From Pelomyxa schiedti (lineage: Eukaryota; Protista; Evosea), in the NCBI GenBank assembly GCA_020536535.1, contig JAHLWZ010000842.1, forward strand, positions 17,718 to 81,717: a stretch of 64,000 bases of DNA, in the 5' to 3' direction. Below are positions 1 through 12,566 of the stretch, piece after piece. The first letter of the stretch is position 1; each line of letters opens with the position of its first letter. The translations under genes and the position numbers were made by a program. Under the pieces are notes generated by a model. The model was not told the origin of the DNA. It ran no database searches and worked only from the letters and a program-made list of their open reading frames with translations.

Positions 1-1858
1 TTGCACAGCAAACAGCTTGCTCTACAGCAAGTGGCCTGACAGAAGGGGGAATTGAAAAATTGAGTTTGTCCAGTAGAAGCAATACTGCATTCAACTCGGT
101 GAATTGCAAGTTGTTTTCCACTGCTTCACACACTGCGATTTCACTGAGGATGTGAGGTGCAATTTTCGAAAGGAACCACTCAAGGCCATTGAAGGAATTG
201 ATTTTTGGGAAAATTGAGTTGGCTACACATGGGTCTGCATTCACACTATCCATCACATGGAAGGTCTTTTCCAACCAATCTGCAATGGAAGTATTGCTGT
301 GATCGAGGGAGTCCTGGAGGCATCTATGGAGTTGTTCCGTTGTTAGTGGTGGTACCGTTATTGGCAACAGGGTATTCAATACTGACACGTTGTCATGCCT
401 GTTGCCACATGCTGAAATGAATATGTCAGGGGTACATGGCCCAAATCCGTCAGAGGTGAGGAGTGTAGGAAGCCACAGAAGGAGCTCCAGGCTTTTGGAA
501 TTCCTAAGGGCATAGGAGAGATCATTCTCTGTCAGTGGGACAGTGAAATTTTGAACCACCCATTTGAAAGCTTTTTCTTTGTTGATGTTTAACTTTGGAA
601 GACTTGTAACTGAAAATGACTCCTTAATCCACTGGCACCCTTCTTCCACATCACTCTCGTCCCGTGACGAACATCGAATGAATGAGGACAGAATATCTAC
701 CCCATCACCTGGGTCCTTTTCCTTACCACAGAACCACTCAGCACACAGCTTCACAATTTCCAAACTTGGGGTTCCAAAGAAGTCTTCCAAACTCCATGGA
801 TCAATATTCATTGCAATTCTGCAGGCAGCCAAAACACAAGTCGAGGACGCCAGCCATTTCACAACATCAACATTGCCCTGTGCCACAGCACTATGAAATG
901 GTCCAACCAGCTCCCATCCCTCTCGGCCCACGTCAAACGTGGATATCACCCATTTCACAGCATCAACGTGCCCTCCTCTGCAGGCATCCCACAGTAGGCT
1001 TGCAGTGGTAATTGCAGTTGCATCCCTGATGTCATCCAGCATGTCTCCCACTGGCCACGATAGTGGAACACCCCTCCAGCCCTCCTCATTCCTACCCCCA
1101 CTCTGCACCAATTCTTGCGCCATGTCAATATGACCACCTGTACATGTTATGGTCATTGATTGGCCCCTGAATGAATTCCAACAACATCACGTCGAACTGA
1201 ACTGAACTCTACAAAGTTGATAACAAACATAAGCACTACAAAGACACACACACACACACACACACACACACCACACACACACCACACACACACCACACAC
1301 ACACCACACACACACCACACACACAACACACACACAACACACACACCACACACACACCACACACACACCACACACACACCACACACACACACACACACAA
1401 CACACACACAACACACACACAACACACACACAACACACACACAACACACACACAACACACACACCATAGCATAGACCCCTCAATACAGTGAGGCAGTCCT
1501 TTCTGTTGTTGTTTTTCGTGCTTTTGTCCTTGCTGTGCAACAGTATCCACCTCAGGCACCTCAGGCTCGCAGCCCTCCCTGCACACTTCAACGCGACGTA
1601 GCGGGACGTGAACAGGGCCTGCATGTCCGCGTCCTCGTCAGGATCCACGGCGTCCGCGGCAAGCACGGCGCGGCAGGCCCTCGGCACCAGCGGGAAAAGG
1701 GCCTCGGCGAGCCCCAGCGCCCACACGTAGTCGATTATGGGAACGGCCGACGAGCGGCGACGCCGGCCCAGCACAGTCGGGACTACGACGTGGTCCCAAA
1801 CGACACGCGAAACGAGGAGCAACTGCAACACGCCTTCATCCCGTGGCGCACTCTGCAT
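1..1858 (-). CDS. Ankyrin-like repeat protein, lineage-specific family (3' end runs off the window)
   Basis: ATG at 1858. Exon 1 ends ...LRGLCYG, then a GT-AG intron (1464-1138), then GHIDMAQELV...LWDACRGGHVDAVKWVIS...AVAQGNVDVVKWL. These are ankyrin-like G-H/N-x-D-x-V-K-W motifs, and the frame stays open toward position 1. Confidence 0.75.
1243..1464. repeat. Imperfect (CA)n microsatellite inside an intron
   Basis: About 220 nt of CA/CAC/CAA repeats, directly visible; it begins at the splice donor of the minus-strand gene. Confidence 0.95.
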
Positions 1859-1975
1859 AGTGTCCCTTCGATCCCGCAGAAAAAACAAGTTGTTCACGCC
1901 ACGAAACCAAGACCTCAGGAAACAAACAAAAAAAAAAAAAAAAAAAAAAAAAAACTCGAAGACAATTAACAAGCG

Positions 1976-3332
1976 ATGCAACAAGCGGAAGGCGCGACAA
2001 ACAACGTGGTGGTGACGCCGCCGGAAGCAACGACGGCAGCGACGTCGGCGGCCGAGGTCCCCACGACCGCGTCGTCTCCGTCGCTGTCGCCGCCGCCGAG
2101 CACCGACCCGACGAGGGCGACGTCGCCCGCGCCGCTGGAGGTGCCGCCGAGCGCGGCCGCGACGTCGGGGACCGCCAAGACGACCACGACGACGACGCCG
2201 GCGACCACGATGGTGGGGATGCTGAGGGGCAGGGTGGCGTTGGTCACCGGCGCCAGTCGCGGAATCGGCAGGGCTTGTGCCCTTGCCCTAGCAAAAGTAC
2301 GTGTCTGTGTGTGTTCGATGGTTGACCTTTGTCATTATTATTATTTTTTTCCTTTTTTTTTTTTTTAGTTCTACTTTTTTCCCTCTTCCTTTTCGTGACT
2401 ATTTGTGGGTGACAAGAAGCAAAGTATGGATTATTAATTCTCGTTTAGGCTGGAGCGGACGTGGCTATAAACTACCACTCGAGAGAGGTGGCGGCACAGG
2501 AGACAGCTAGAATGATTAGGGAAGTTGCTCCAGAATCTCGCGTGATTGTTGTGCAGGCTGATGTGGGGAAAGCTGACGCAGTCAGGGCAATGGTTGCTCA
2601 AGTAAACCGCAGGCTTGGCACTATCGGTGTTCTTGTAAATAATGCAGGGATTGCTCCAACCACACCTCCCGATGAAATCACTGAAGACGATTTTGACTCT
2701 GTAATTGAGACCAACTTGAAGGTTATTCATACTACTTTCCCGATTGTACTTACTATTCTCAAGTCTGCATTTTTGCTTTCACAAGCAGTGATCCCAGGAA
2801 TGTGCTCCCAAGGCTGGGGAAGGATCATAAACATCACTAGTGTAGCAGCTTACACTGGTGGCGCAGTAGGTGCCCTGAGTTTTATATTTATTGGTGCTGT
2901 TTTTGAAACACAATTAATCACTATCTTTTCCAGGTCCCCACTATGCCGCATCCAAGGCGGGAATGATAGGCTTGACCAACAGTTACTCCAATTTGTACGT
3001 CAAGGAAGGAATTACAGGTTTTGCCCCCTTTACAATTATCGATAAGTGCATAATTCTCTTCTACCCAACCCAGTTAATGCTGTTGCCCCCGGACTTGTAC
3101 TCACAGAGACACAAAGCGATGGTGGAGCATTGGACAAAATGCTACCACTCACTGGTCCAGGAAGATTTGGATTCCCTGAGGAAGTTGCTCAAGTTGTGGT
3201 CATGTTGGCTGGCAATGGATGTAATTCACTCACCCTCTTTTGTGATTCCTCCATTATTTCACTAACAATCACACAAAAAAAGATGTCACTGGGCAGACTA
3301 TAAATGTGGATGGTGGTATTTATAAAAAATGA
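1976..3332 (+). CDS. Short-chain dehydrogenase/reductase (FabG-like) with Pro/Thr/Ala-rich N-terminal extension
   Basis: Spliced motifs VALVTGASRGIG, LVNNAG, YAASKAG (YxxxK), ITVNAVAPG, YVTGQTINVDGG; five GT-AG introns. Confidence 0.92.
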
Positions 3333-3386
3333 GGCTTTTTACTGGGTCCTTAAAACTTTTTTTTTATGTTTCTTTGCTTCTTCCTT

Positions 3387-5485
3387 TCAGTAGTTCTTTC
3401 GAAGTGACAGGAGTGCATTGTGAAGGTCATTGGCGTTGGGCATGTTTCTTAGAATATCACGAGGTCCAACCAAAACCAGTGTGGGTTTGCTCTCCAGTAG
3501 TTTGGTGGCAAATCTGTTCTTGGGTAAGTTGTTTGTAAAGTAAAAGCATGGGTCAAGCTACTTCACAACTGACTCTTTGGTCAAAGTACTGAGGAAGTCA
3601 AGAACATCACTTTGAGACATGTACGAGCTCCTGAAAAGAGGGGATAAGTACAGATGTTTGCGGTGGGAGATATTCACCTCATTAATAGTTGTCTGTTAAG
3701 GTCACAGGCGTGAACAGAGTCCGATTCATTGGCACTAAACATCATATGTTTAATGGCATTGATCATACGTTTGAACTCTTCATCTTCAATGTCTTTCAAT
3801 TTAAGGAGTTCTGATAGTAATACCTAGTTTCAATTTCAACCTACAGTCGAAATATTTTATACAAACCAGTAAGAATCGAGGGGTATAAGTGGGTGAACAA
3901 GATCCCTGCAGAAGAAACATCCCAGTGTCTCTGAAGGAAAAGTGTGCGGAGTACGCACTTTCCACCCAATCATGACAAAGAACGTTTGTGTACAGGCGCG
4001 TAAGGAGACCTCATGAGTAAATTAGATATTGATATCAAAAGATTTGCCAATATTCAAACCTTTTCCTGGACCACCCTCTGAAAAAGAAGAACCACCACCA
4101 AGAAGGGTAACCAGTGCACATGCCGCTATAAAATCAGAATCTTTCATTGACACTCCTTCGAATCCAAGACCTACCTGGTAGAGGTCAGTGGAGGAAAGGC
4201 TCTGCATTGCCTCCTACGTGCACAAGGTGAGCCTTATTTCCAGCCAGCATTGGCTTCATATCCTCAATAGGAAGTGTTTTGTCTCCACCCTATCAGTTGG
4301 ACAACGCTTAATGCCTAAACTATCATGAACTCCCAATATAATAAATCAGACACAAAATGACAACAGAAAGGGGGAGCACTAGGTCTATAGAGAGGAAAGT
4401 GAACTCACCATGTACTTCTGTGTTGCAGAAGGACACTTATCTGCGGTCTTAGATATAGGCTTCTTAAAGAAGGCTTTGCTACGACGCACAGCTTCACTGC
4501 ACTGTAGTCCTACGGTGGTAATGGCAACTCTACTGAGTGTAAGGAGTGTGAGGGTATGAAACCAACTCACCTGTCAGGTATTGTTTGCTGCACAAAATTT
4601 GCTAAATGACGGGGAGTTACAGCACGAAGTTCTGCTGAGGTTGGGTACTGAGACATTCCTAGTACTGAACCAGCAAAAGCTGTTGTGTGAGCAAGTTCAG
4701 AAACAAGAGTCTAGTTGTTGTTAATGAGAATTAAGGTCATTGGGGTACCTCAGGGTGGGACAATGCAGAGTCTCTTTCAATCTCAAGAACCCGAATTTCT
4801 TTGAGTAATTCCTCCTCTTTGAAGGTTGTATTCTGCAATGTACAGTTAAACACTGAAGGTTGCAAATGGCTTGTATTAATTTTAGGGTGACCTACTTGAA
4901 ATGATTCAGAGAGAATGTCAAACACCAATTTGGTGTCACTGTGAAGAGCATGAATTATCTGAGTGTTACAGTCACGAAATGGCATAGTGACCAGAGATGC
5001 ACCAATTTTGTGTAACGCCAGGCCAATTTCTGATGCAGTCCGTTTTTGTGTCGACTGTTGCACTGTAAAAATCGAAATAAAAAGGACAGAACGACAACCT
5101 TCAGTGCCATACGATCTGCCAGGCGACATACAGCACGATCAGAACTCCAGCTGGTGTCCACCGAAACAGCTAGTTAAAGAAGAAAAACAAATCCATAAAG
5201 TGAGTATCCAAGAGTAGTAATTCAGCAGTTACCAATGCAGGGTAGTAAAGAGTCAGTATTCTCGACAGTAGCTAGCCACGGCCTGTTGGAGGCAGCGGGC
5301 CACACCTGTGGCCTAGATCTCACATAATTGCGTTGCTGCCGCGAGATCTCGGCCGCTGCACCTTGTTCACCGCCACCGCTCGCGTGTCTCCGCCCAACGT
5401 TATCGCGTGACCAGATCTCTGCAATGTGCGGCCAAATCGCGCGCGGTTGCACGGAGCCACAACCCGGCGTCACACCCCCCAGCAT
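3387..5485 (-). CDS. Mitochondrial processing peptidase alpha subunit (M16B)
   Basis: Glycine-rich loop LLGGGSSFSEGGPGKG spliced to LLTRLYTNVL; also RLADRMALK|STQKRT and FRDTGMF. Multi-exon; start codon position less certain. Confidence 0.85.
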
Positions 5486-5568
5486 CCAAAAACAAAAGGA
5501 GTCTTTTTTTCTTCGCCGTGGAAACTCGGGAAAAGAGAACCATCATTTCGCGTTAGTAGATCGTGTCG

Positions 5569-6783
5569 ATGGCGGCAGTTAAGGACTAGTATGTGTGTTG
5601 TTAGAAGGACAAGCCTTACTTGGAAACACAGTGACTATATAGTGAAATTACTTCTGGTTGGGGACTCGGGTGTTGGCAAGAGTATTTGTTTCTTTTTTTT
5701 TTCCCTTGTTCTCCCAAAATTTGAATGGCAACAACTAATGGTTATTTTAGGTTGTCTTCTTATGCGTTTTGTTGTATGTTACTTTTTTGCTCCACACTAA
5801 GAATTTCTCTATAATCACTCATAAGGATGACGAGTTCACACCCTGCTATATCTCCACTATAGGAGTGGATTTTGTGCGTGAATTTGATCGTCGTATCAGT
5901 TCTCTTTCTCCTTTGCACTAACTGAAGATAAGAAAATCAGGACGGTGCAACTGGAATCTAAGATACTAAAAACACAAATTGTAGGTCTTTTATTTAATGT
6001 TGTCATTAAATACAAGAGAATTATATAGAAAGATTCTTCACTAATTTCGTATTGGGAAAGTGGGATACTGCTGGTGAAGAAAGGTATAACTTGTCCTACA
6101 TCCAATGACTCATCTTGGAACTAGATTTAGAACAATTACGACTGCATGTAATTCTAGAAAATGCCACCTCAAAATAACTCAACTACATTGGAAGATTACA
6201 GAAACTGTAATGGGATGATTGTAGTATAGTGTGGCCGTTTCCTCATAAAAAGGAACCACTTACAGCTGTTTTAGTGATATCACTAATAGCACAAGTTTCG
6301 ATAATATTGGACATTGGCTTGGCGAAATAGAGAGGAATTGCTCAACTGCACCGTTGAGGATACTACTAGGCAACAAGGTTGGTTTTAGTTTTTAGTACAA
6401 AATCATTTGGCGTAACATTCTAAACACATTATTCCCATAATGTACCCGTATTAGTTGGACTTAGCCGATCCCAGCAGACAGGTAGAATATAGCCGGGCCA
6501 AAAAGTTTGCTGATGAACATGGGATCAAATTCTGGTGTGTACTGCCAAACACAAACCATACCCAACATTTGGCTCAAAAAGGGAGACATCATCCAAGGAC
6601 TCCACAAATGTGGAGGAAGCTATTATGTCACTGCTTACTGACGTCAAGAGGATCAAGGAAGCTGAAGAAAGTGAATCCCAAACAAGAACAACAGCAGCAT
6701 CAACAAAGTCCTCCACTTCCGGTGTTTCCCTCATTGGGGGGAAAACCGACCCGTCGTCGCCCTCCCATCATTCTTGTTGTTGA
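5569..6783 (+). CDS. Rab1/Rab8-like small GTPase
   Basis: Ten introns. Spliced [27 protein letters not shown]...TIGVDFKIRT...WDTAGEERFRTITTAYYR...GNKLD...ETSSK, with C-terminal CC prenylation motif. Confidence 0.93.
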
Positions 6784-6936
6784 CCCGCCACCAATCACAA
6801 AGACACCCACCCAACGGTGGAGCCTGCAATTGGGGGTGTTCCTTGGAGAGCTCAGATCTCTAAAAAATGTTGAGCTTCGTTTCCCGTAATCTTGGGTCGC
6901 GATCATTTATCCGCCTGCTATTTTTGAACAGCGGAC

Positions 6937-9487
6937 ATGAAGTGCAACAAGCCACCGTGGAAACCCAGTACGCTCGTGTCACGTCTCAATTCCCGCCGTT
7001 TCTTCGAGTTTCCGTGTTAACCTTAGAACCCCGAATTTTTCATTTTTTTTTAACAACAGAGTGCGAGGCACCAACACTTAAACAAACTTTGACGTCTCCG
7101 GAGTTGCAACAGCACTTTGCGGAATTTCTCGAGGGCGAGTATGCTGAAGAAAACTTGATTTTGTGGAATGAAGTGGAGGGATACAGGAAGCTATCCCAGA
7201 TGGGTTCTTCTCCTTCGGTAGTTTTTTTTTTTTTTTTTTTTTTTTACTTTAGTTGACAATTTTGGGAAAGGTTCTAAGGGAGGAGATAAGGAGAATTTTT
7301 GAGTTATATATCAAGCCTGACTCGGAGTTTGAAGTTAATCTGCCTGGAAATATCCCCAAAAGCATTGAAGTTTCTTTGGAGACTTTCCCTCTAAATTCTT
7401 CCGGTGCTTCTGTGGAAGCCACTGCCCTCACTACAGAAGAGGAACTGCTTTACGAAGCTCAAGTGGAAGCTCACAACCTTTTATTGTGTCACTCATTCCC
7501 AAGGTGGTTAAAGTCTGTTGAGTGGGCACCAAGTTTGTTCCCAAATTGGCTGTCCATGCATAATTAATGACAATCGCAGCCAAAGTGGAAGAGGCTCCAC
7601 GTGGACCACCTGCCCCTCCTCCACCCGTGTGTATCCAAACCATTTCTGGATGGGGTTCCAATCTTTTATATAGAAAAGGAGTCCGCGGCCACCATCCCTT
7701 GCTATAACACTGGGAAACCCAGGCCTCCATAGAACTTTTAAAAAACACCTGTCAACTGCAGATCCTCGGATGTATGCTACTATTTGCCTCTGGGAAACAT
7801 TGGAGCAATTCTCTGCTCAGTCTTCTTCTACCCCACCAACAGTTTGCAATTTCTTGTGAAAGTGGCCAGTCCTCATTGAGTTTAGGAACTGAAGCGCGGA
7901 GCCAAAGATATTTTTGAAAAATATCTGAAACCGGGAACAACTCATTTCGCACCAATTAAGGAAGAGAAGAGGATACCAATAGGCAAGATGGTTTATGATT
8001 CTACGAGTTTAGTTGGTTTCAAGCCCTCGATGTTTCTCCAAGTGCAAGGTTTGTCTTAAGTAGCATTGTGGCAAAAATCACACCAACAGATGATGCTTTT
8101 CAGCAGCTTCAAGTAGTCTACATAAAGTGGTGTAGCATGTTTGGGTGCTGGGAAGGGGTTCCTGCATCATCTGCAAATAGTCAAGTGACTCGCGTTAACC
8201 TCAAGAATTCTCGACGATCAATCATTATTCAAAGACCTTCTTTGGTACAATTGACTCCTTTTGATTATCCTTCACACTTCTCACTCATCTTAGCCAGGTG
8301 AAAAGCAAGATTTTGATGGAGACAATCCTCCGTCGTTTGAACAAACAATGCAAAATATTTTTTTAAGGGCAAGGTGAGGGAGTTTTATTTGAACTCTCCC
8401 CTAATAGATAACAGATTTATGGACTATTTGAGGGCATTGGGGCTCCAAAATTTTGCCCACTTTTCGCAAGAGCTCGAGGAATTTGCCAATAATAAGCACC
8501 TCTCTCCAGAAGTACTTTTTCCTGTCCGTCTCTTTGAGACTGAATCCCTTGTAGGCAGTGCAAGCTCAGGCTTGTATATTGTTCCGGAAATACATCACAT
8601 TTAAAGACCTCGAGGCCCAAGAACCTGTAAACCAACTTCCTATGTCAATAAGAGAGGACCTGCATGCGAGATTATTTACATCGTACACTCCTGGGTCAAA
8701 TCCATGTGATTCTAGCTCAACCCCCTCAACACCAACACCCTCTCCGTTAGCACCTTCCGCTTCCCCAAATACTGCGACTCCTACCTCACCATCGAGTGAG
8801 CCACCTGCACTTCCCGCTTCAACCTCTGGGGTAACCCGAGAAACCAGCGGCAGAAGGATAGTTACAGCGGCAGTATTTGACAAGGCTCGCGTATGGTGTC
8901 AACATCAGCTACAGGGAAAATACTTTGAGCTGTGGGCATCATCAATAGACGCATGGAGGGGTCCTTATCCTCCAATTGCGAAACCAAGAGGTTGCTCCTT
9001 GCAATTTTGAACACACATATTAACTATCACAGCAAGTGTAAATCCAGATTCTTCCTGTGTATCGATCCTTTCAATGCCCGGCGTACTTCTGCCCACACTG
9101 GCATCCACCCCCAATAAACCACTGCGTCCTCCACCCTCTACTCTCCTTCCCGTAAAAGCCAAGACTCCAACGCAAGCCAACAACTCCACTGACCCACAGC
9201 CACCATCATCACCCGTGACCAGCCATTACCAACCAACAACCAACATCACGCCGCGGAAGCAAGCCCCTTCGCCCCCAACATATCTCGCCCCGGCTCCTCC
9301 GCATACCATAGCACAACCAACTCCAGAGAAGACAGGACTACCCTGTTTGATATCCCTCAACTTCAACAATGACCAACAATCACAGCAACAATCCCCACCT
9401 CGCACAACAAGCACAACCACAGGAAACCCACGCCCAACATCCCCCTCATCATCGTCAACTTCAACAACAACCCATGGTGAGCTATAA
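6937..9487 (+). CDS. Protein with three RGS-like domains and a Pro/Ser/Thr-rich tail
   Basis: RGS1: PTLKQTL...HFAEFLEGEYAEENLILW...IFELYI...SFPRWLKS. RGS2: PPSLAITL...FKKHL...LWETLEQF...AKDIFEKYL. RGS3: PPSFEQTM...FMDYL...ILFRKYI. The last exon joins ORF 9074-9487 via a GT-AG intron. Confidence 0.75.
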
Positions 9488-10222
9488 GCAACTGGTAATC
9501 ACGCAGGTCACAACTGTGTGGTTGTACTACATAACCATGTCATTATCTGTGTTGTACCGGAACCAAATGAGAGAGGAAAAAACAACTCTTTTTCTCCCCC
9601 AACTCAAGCTAGCGTTTGAATTCCAAAAACAAACAAAAAAACCAAAAAAATTTTAATTGATAGGTCAGACCTCCACACAAGCCATCCCCATTGATAGACC
9701 CATTGGTTGGCATCCAATCGGCCCTGGGGAACGATCTTCACAAGTTCACGCTCTGACTTGTGGGAATCAATGGCGGTCATCATCCCTATTTCACTTATGG
9801 ACTCATGACTTGGATTCGGCACAATACTCCAGAAATGATCTTGAGAGTATGTCCAGAATGTAACGCCTCCTCCTTTCGGAACCTTGTTTTGAGCCTGTGA
9901 ATTTTACTCTTATGGGAGGAAATACTGGGTTTGTTTCTTGTGATGAGAACTTCTACTGAGAACTCTCTAACACAGTGCACAATTCGGTAACCCCCACGTC
10001 GGCTATCATAATGCCGTCTCCGAAGTCAGATAGAATTCTCTCAGTTCTCTGATGGGCTGTCAAGTAGGGAGGAAGCAACTGCGACCTGTCAATCCAAACA
10101 AGGAATTTACCAATACAGAATTTCTTTCCTTTATAAGGTTGACACAGACCTGTCAAACCAAAAATAAAATACAAGCAACAAACCGAAAGCGAAAAACAAT
10201 CAATTTTCAAGTTGGACGATAA

Positions 10223-11683
10223 GTGAGTACGGTAGTGGAAGAAGTGGCCATCGATGACTTCAATGACATGAACCTAAACGAAGAATTGTTGAGGTAAAAC
10301 AAGTTTTTTTGTACTTTTTTTTGAGGACTCATTGTTCTGTAGGGGAATATACAACTACGGCTTTGAGAAGCCCTCCATGATACAACAAAAAGCAATACAC
10401 CCTCTGTGTGAAGGCCGCGACGTAATTGCGCAAGCTCAATCTGGAACAGGCAAAACAGGCGCCTTTACTATTGGAGCTCTGCAAAGGGTGGACCCTAATG
10501 CTGAAGGATGTCAAGCTCTCTTTCTATCCCCTACAAGGGAGCTTGCTAATCAGACGTACTCTGTATGTAATTATTGGCTTTTTTTCTTTGATACAAACCT
10601 TAATTTCGATGCAGGTCATTTCAGATATAGGCCAGAGACTACCTATTTCTTGTGCTTTGTTTATTGGAGGTCTTGGCATAAATGCAAGTGAAGCTCGGAA
10701 CTGTAAAGTGGCTGTAGGAACACCCGGCAGGGTATTTGACATGATATACCGAGGCTTCCTTGATCCGCGGACCATAAAAATTCTCATCTTGGATGAAGCT
10801 GATCAGCTCTTGGACAGGTTTTTTGGCCTTAAGAAATCCCCCTAGTAATTATTTCACAGGAACTTCAAAGAGCAGCTCTATGATATTTTCCAAGCTCTCC
10901 CACGCCAAGTTCAGGTTGGGTTATTCTCGGCCACAATGCCGCCTGAAGCTATTGAGATAACCCACAAGTTCATGAACAATCCTGTACAAATTCTAGTCAA
11001 GGCCGAGGAATTGACTCTGGTGGGGATGAGGCAGTATTACATAGACGTTGAAAGAGAAGACGCAAGTGTGTAATAACGCGCCACTTAATATAATTAATCT
11101 CTAACTGTATGCCTAGAACTTGACACTCTTTGCGACTTGTATGACACCCTGAGTATCTCCCAATCAGTCATATTTGCAAATTCCTGCAGAAAAGTACAAT
11201 TCATTGCTGACCAGCTCCACCAGAGACACTTTACAGGTCAGTTTAATATCAACTCGCCATGCTGATTCAATATGGTAACCCAAATAACAGTGTCTTGCAC
11301 CCACAGCCAGCTGAGTCCAAAAGAGAGGATGTCAATTCTTAAAGACTTCAGGTCCGGCCATACGAGAGTCCTCATATCCACCGATGTTCTGGCAAGGGGA
11401 ATAGATGTGCAACAAGTCTCCCTCGTCATCAACTATGACCTCCCCCTAGACCCTGAGACCTACATCCACAGGTAATACATTTATTACAATGACATGAACA
11501 TTGAATTGTTGCATACAAGTCCCTAAACACACTCACAGGATTGGACGCAGTGCCAGGTTTGGCAGGAAAGGCGTAGCCGTGAACTTCGCAACAGCAAGAG
11601 AGGAAATCAAACTACACCAACTGGAGAAAATGTATGACACCTCCATCGTCCCTATGCCAACCAACATAGCTGATTTCCTGTAA
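10223..11683 (+). CDS. eIF4A: eIF4A DEAD-box RNA helicase (start uncertain)
   Basis: [70 protein letters not shown]; six GT-AG introns. Confidence 0.95.
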
Positions 11684-11719
11684 ATACTTGAATAATAGTT
11701 AAAAATGCTGGCTTGAGTT

Positions 11720-12390
11720 TTAAGAAGAAAAAATGTGACGAGCTGTCAAGCGGGGTATCGGTGATCGTTGCGTTCGACTCAATTGGGTGGAAGATAGACG
11801 AGGCATGGTGGGGTGGTTATTGGAGAAGGAGACTGAGGAAGAAGTGGCTGCGTATTTCGCAGGTAACACCAATTCATGAGGATCCAGAAGTAGAGGCAGT
11901 GGCGACTACAAGTACTCCCTCAGTGTGATTGTGGATGCGGAACACTTGTTTCAGGGACTTGGCACTTTGCTTGTGGGGATTTCGTTGAGTGCAGCAGCTT
12001 GCTTTCCGAGTGCGTTCTGCTTTACAGCCTCGAGGGAAGTTGCCTGTTGCTCGAGTGCTCGTAGTTTGGAACTGGGAAGATATTTGTGAAACGAAAGAAA
12101 TAAGCAAAAGGTGAATGTAACTTCATCTGGCTCGAGAGTGATTCAAATGTCAGCTCCACAATGGAGTCAAACATATCTAGGGGAAATTGCTTACAAAAAA
12201 ATACCAAGAAAAAAGCTGCAGCTTTTTTGAGGACATCTTGGACGTCAATGTGTAAGGGCACTTGGAAGGGTGAATCACAGTTGGCTGCCTCCGCGTAGAA
12301 CAATGACACACAGCCAATAAGGACCAAAAATACTACCGAAACCTACAGTGGCAATATCCCACTCTCCATCCACTTCACACACTCTCATAC
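11720..12390 (-). CDS. Hypothetical multi-exon protein (possible coiled coil)
   Basis: Plausible exons SKLRALEQQATSLEAVKQNALGKQAAALNE|SPLPLLLDPHEL...* with splice-like flanks; no recognised motif. Confidence 0.3.
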
Positions 12391-12566
12391 ACACAACAAT
12401 GGAAAACCCAAATGAAATCAGTTATTTAGAACCAGCAAAGAATTACCCCGTCAGCACAGATGTTCTTTGTTGTCGCTTAGCGGAAGCAGAAAAGAATGCA
12501 TCTGAATAAGACCGGGGAAAAAAACAATAAAAAGCATTAATTAACGCTGGCTGCCTACGAGCCAAA

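Noticed and set aside
1153-1586. Cys/Val-rich and His/Thr-rich ORFs
   Set aside because: Translations of the intronic CA microsatellite.
9600-10050. Gene between the RGS and eIF4A genes
   Set aside because: Only short ORFs with no motif and no consistent splice model.
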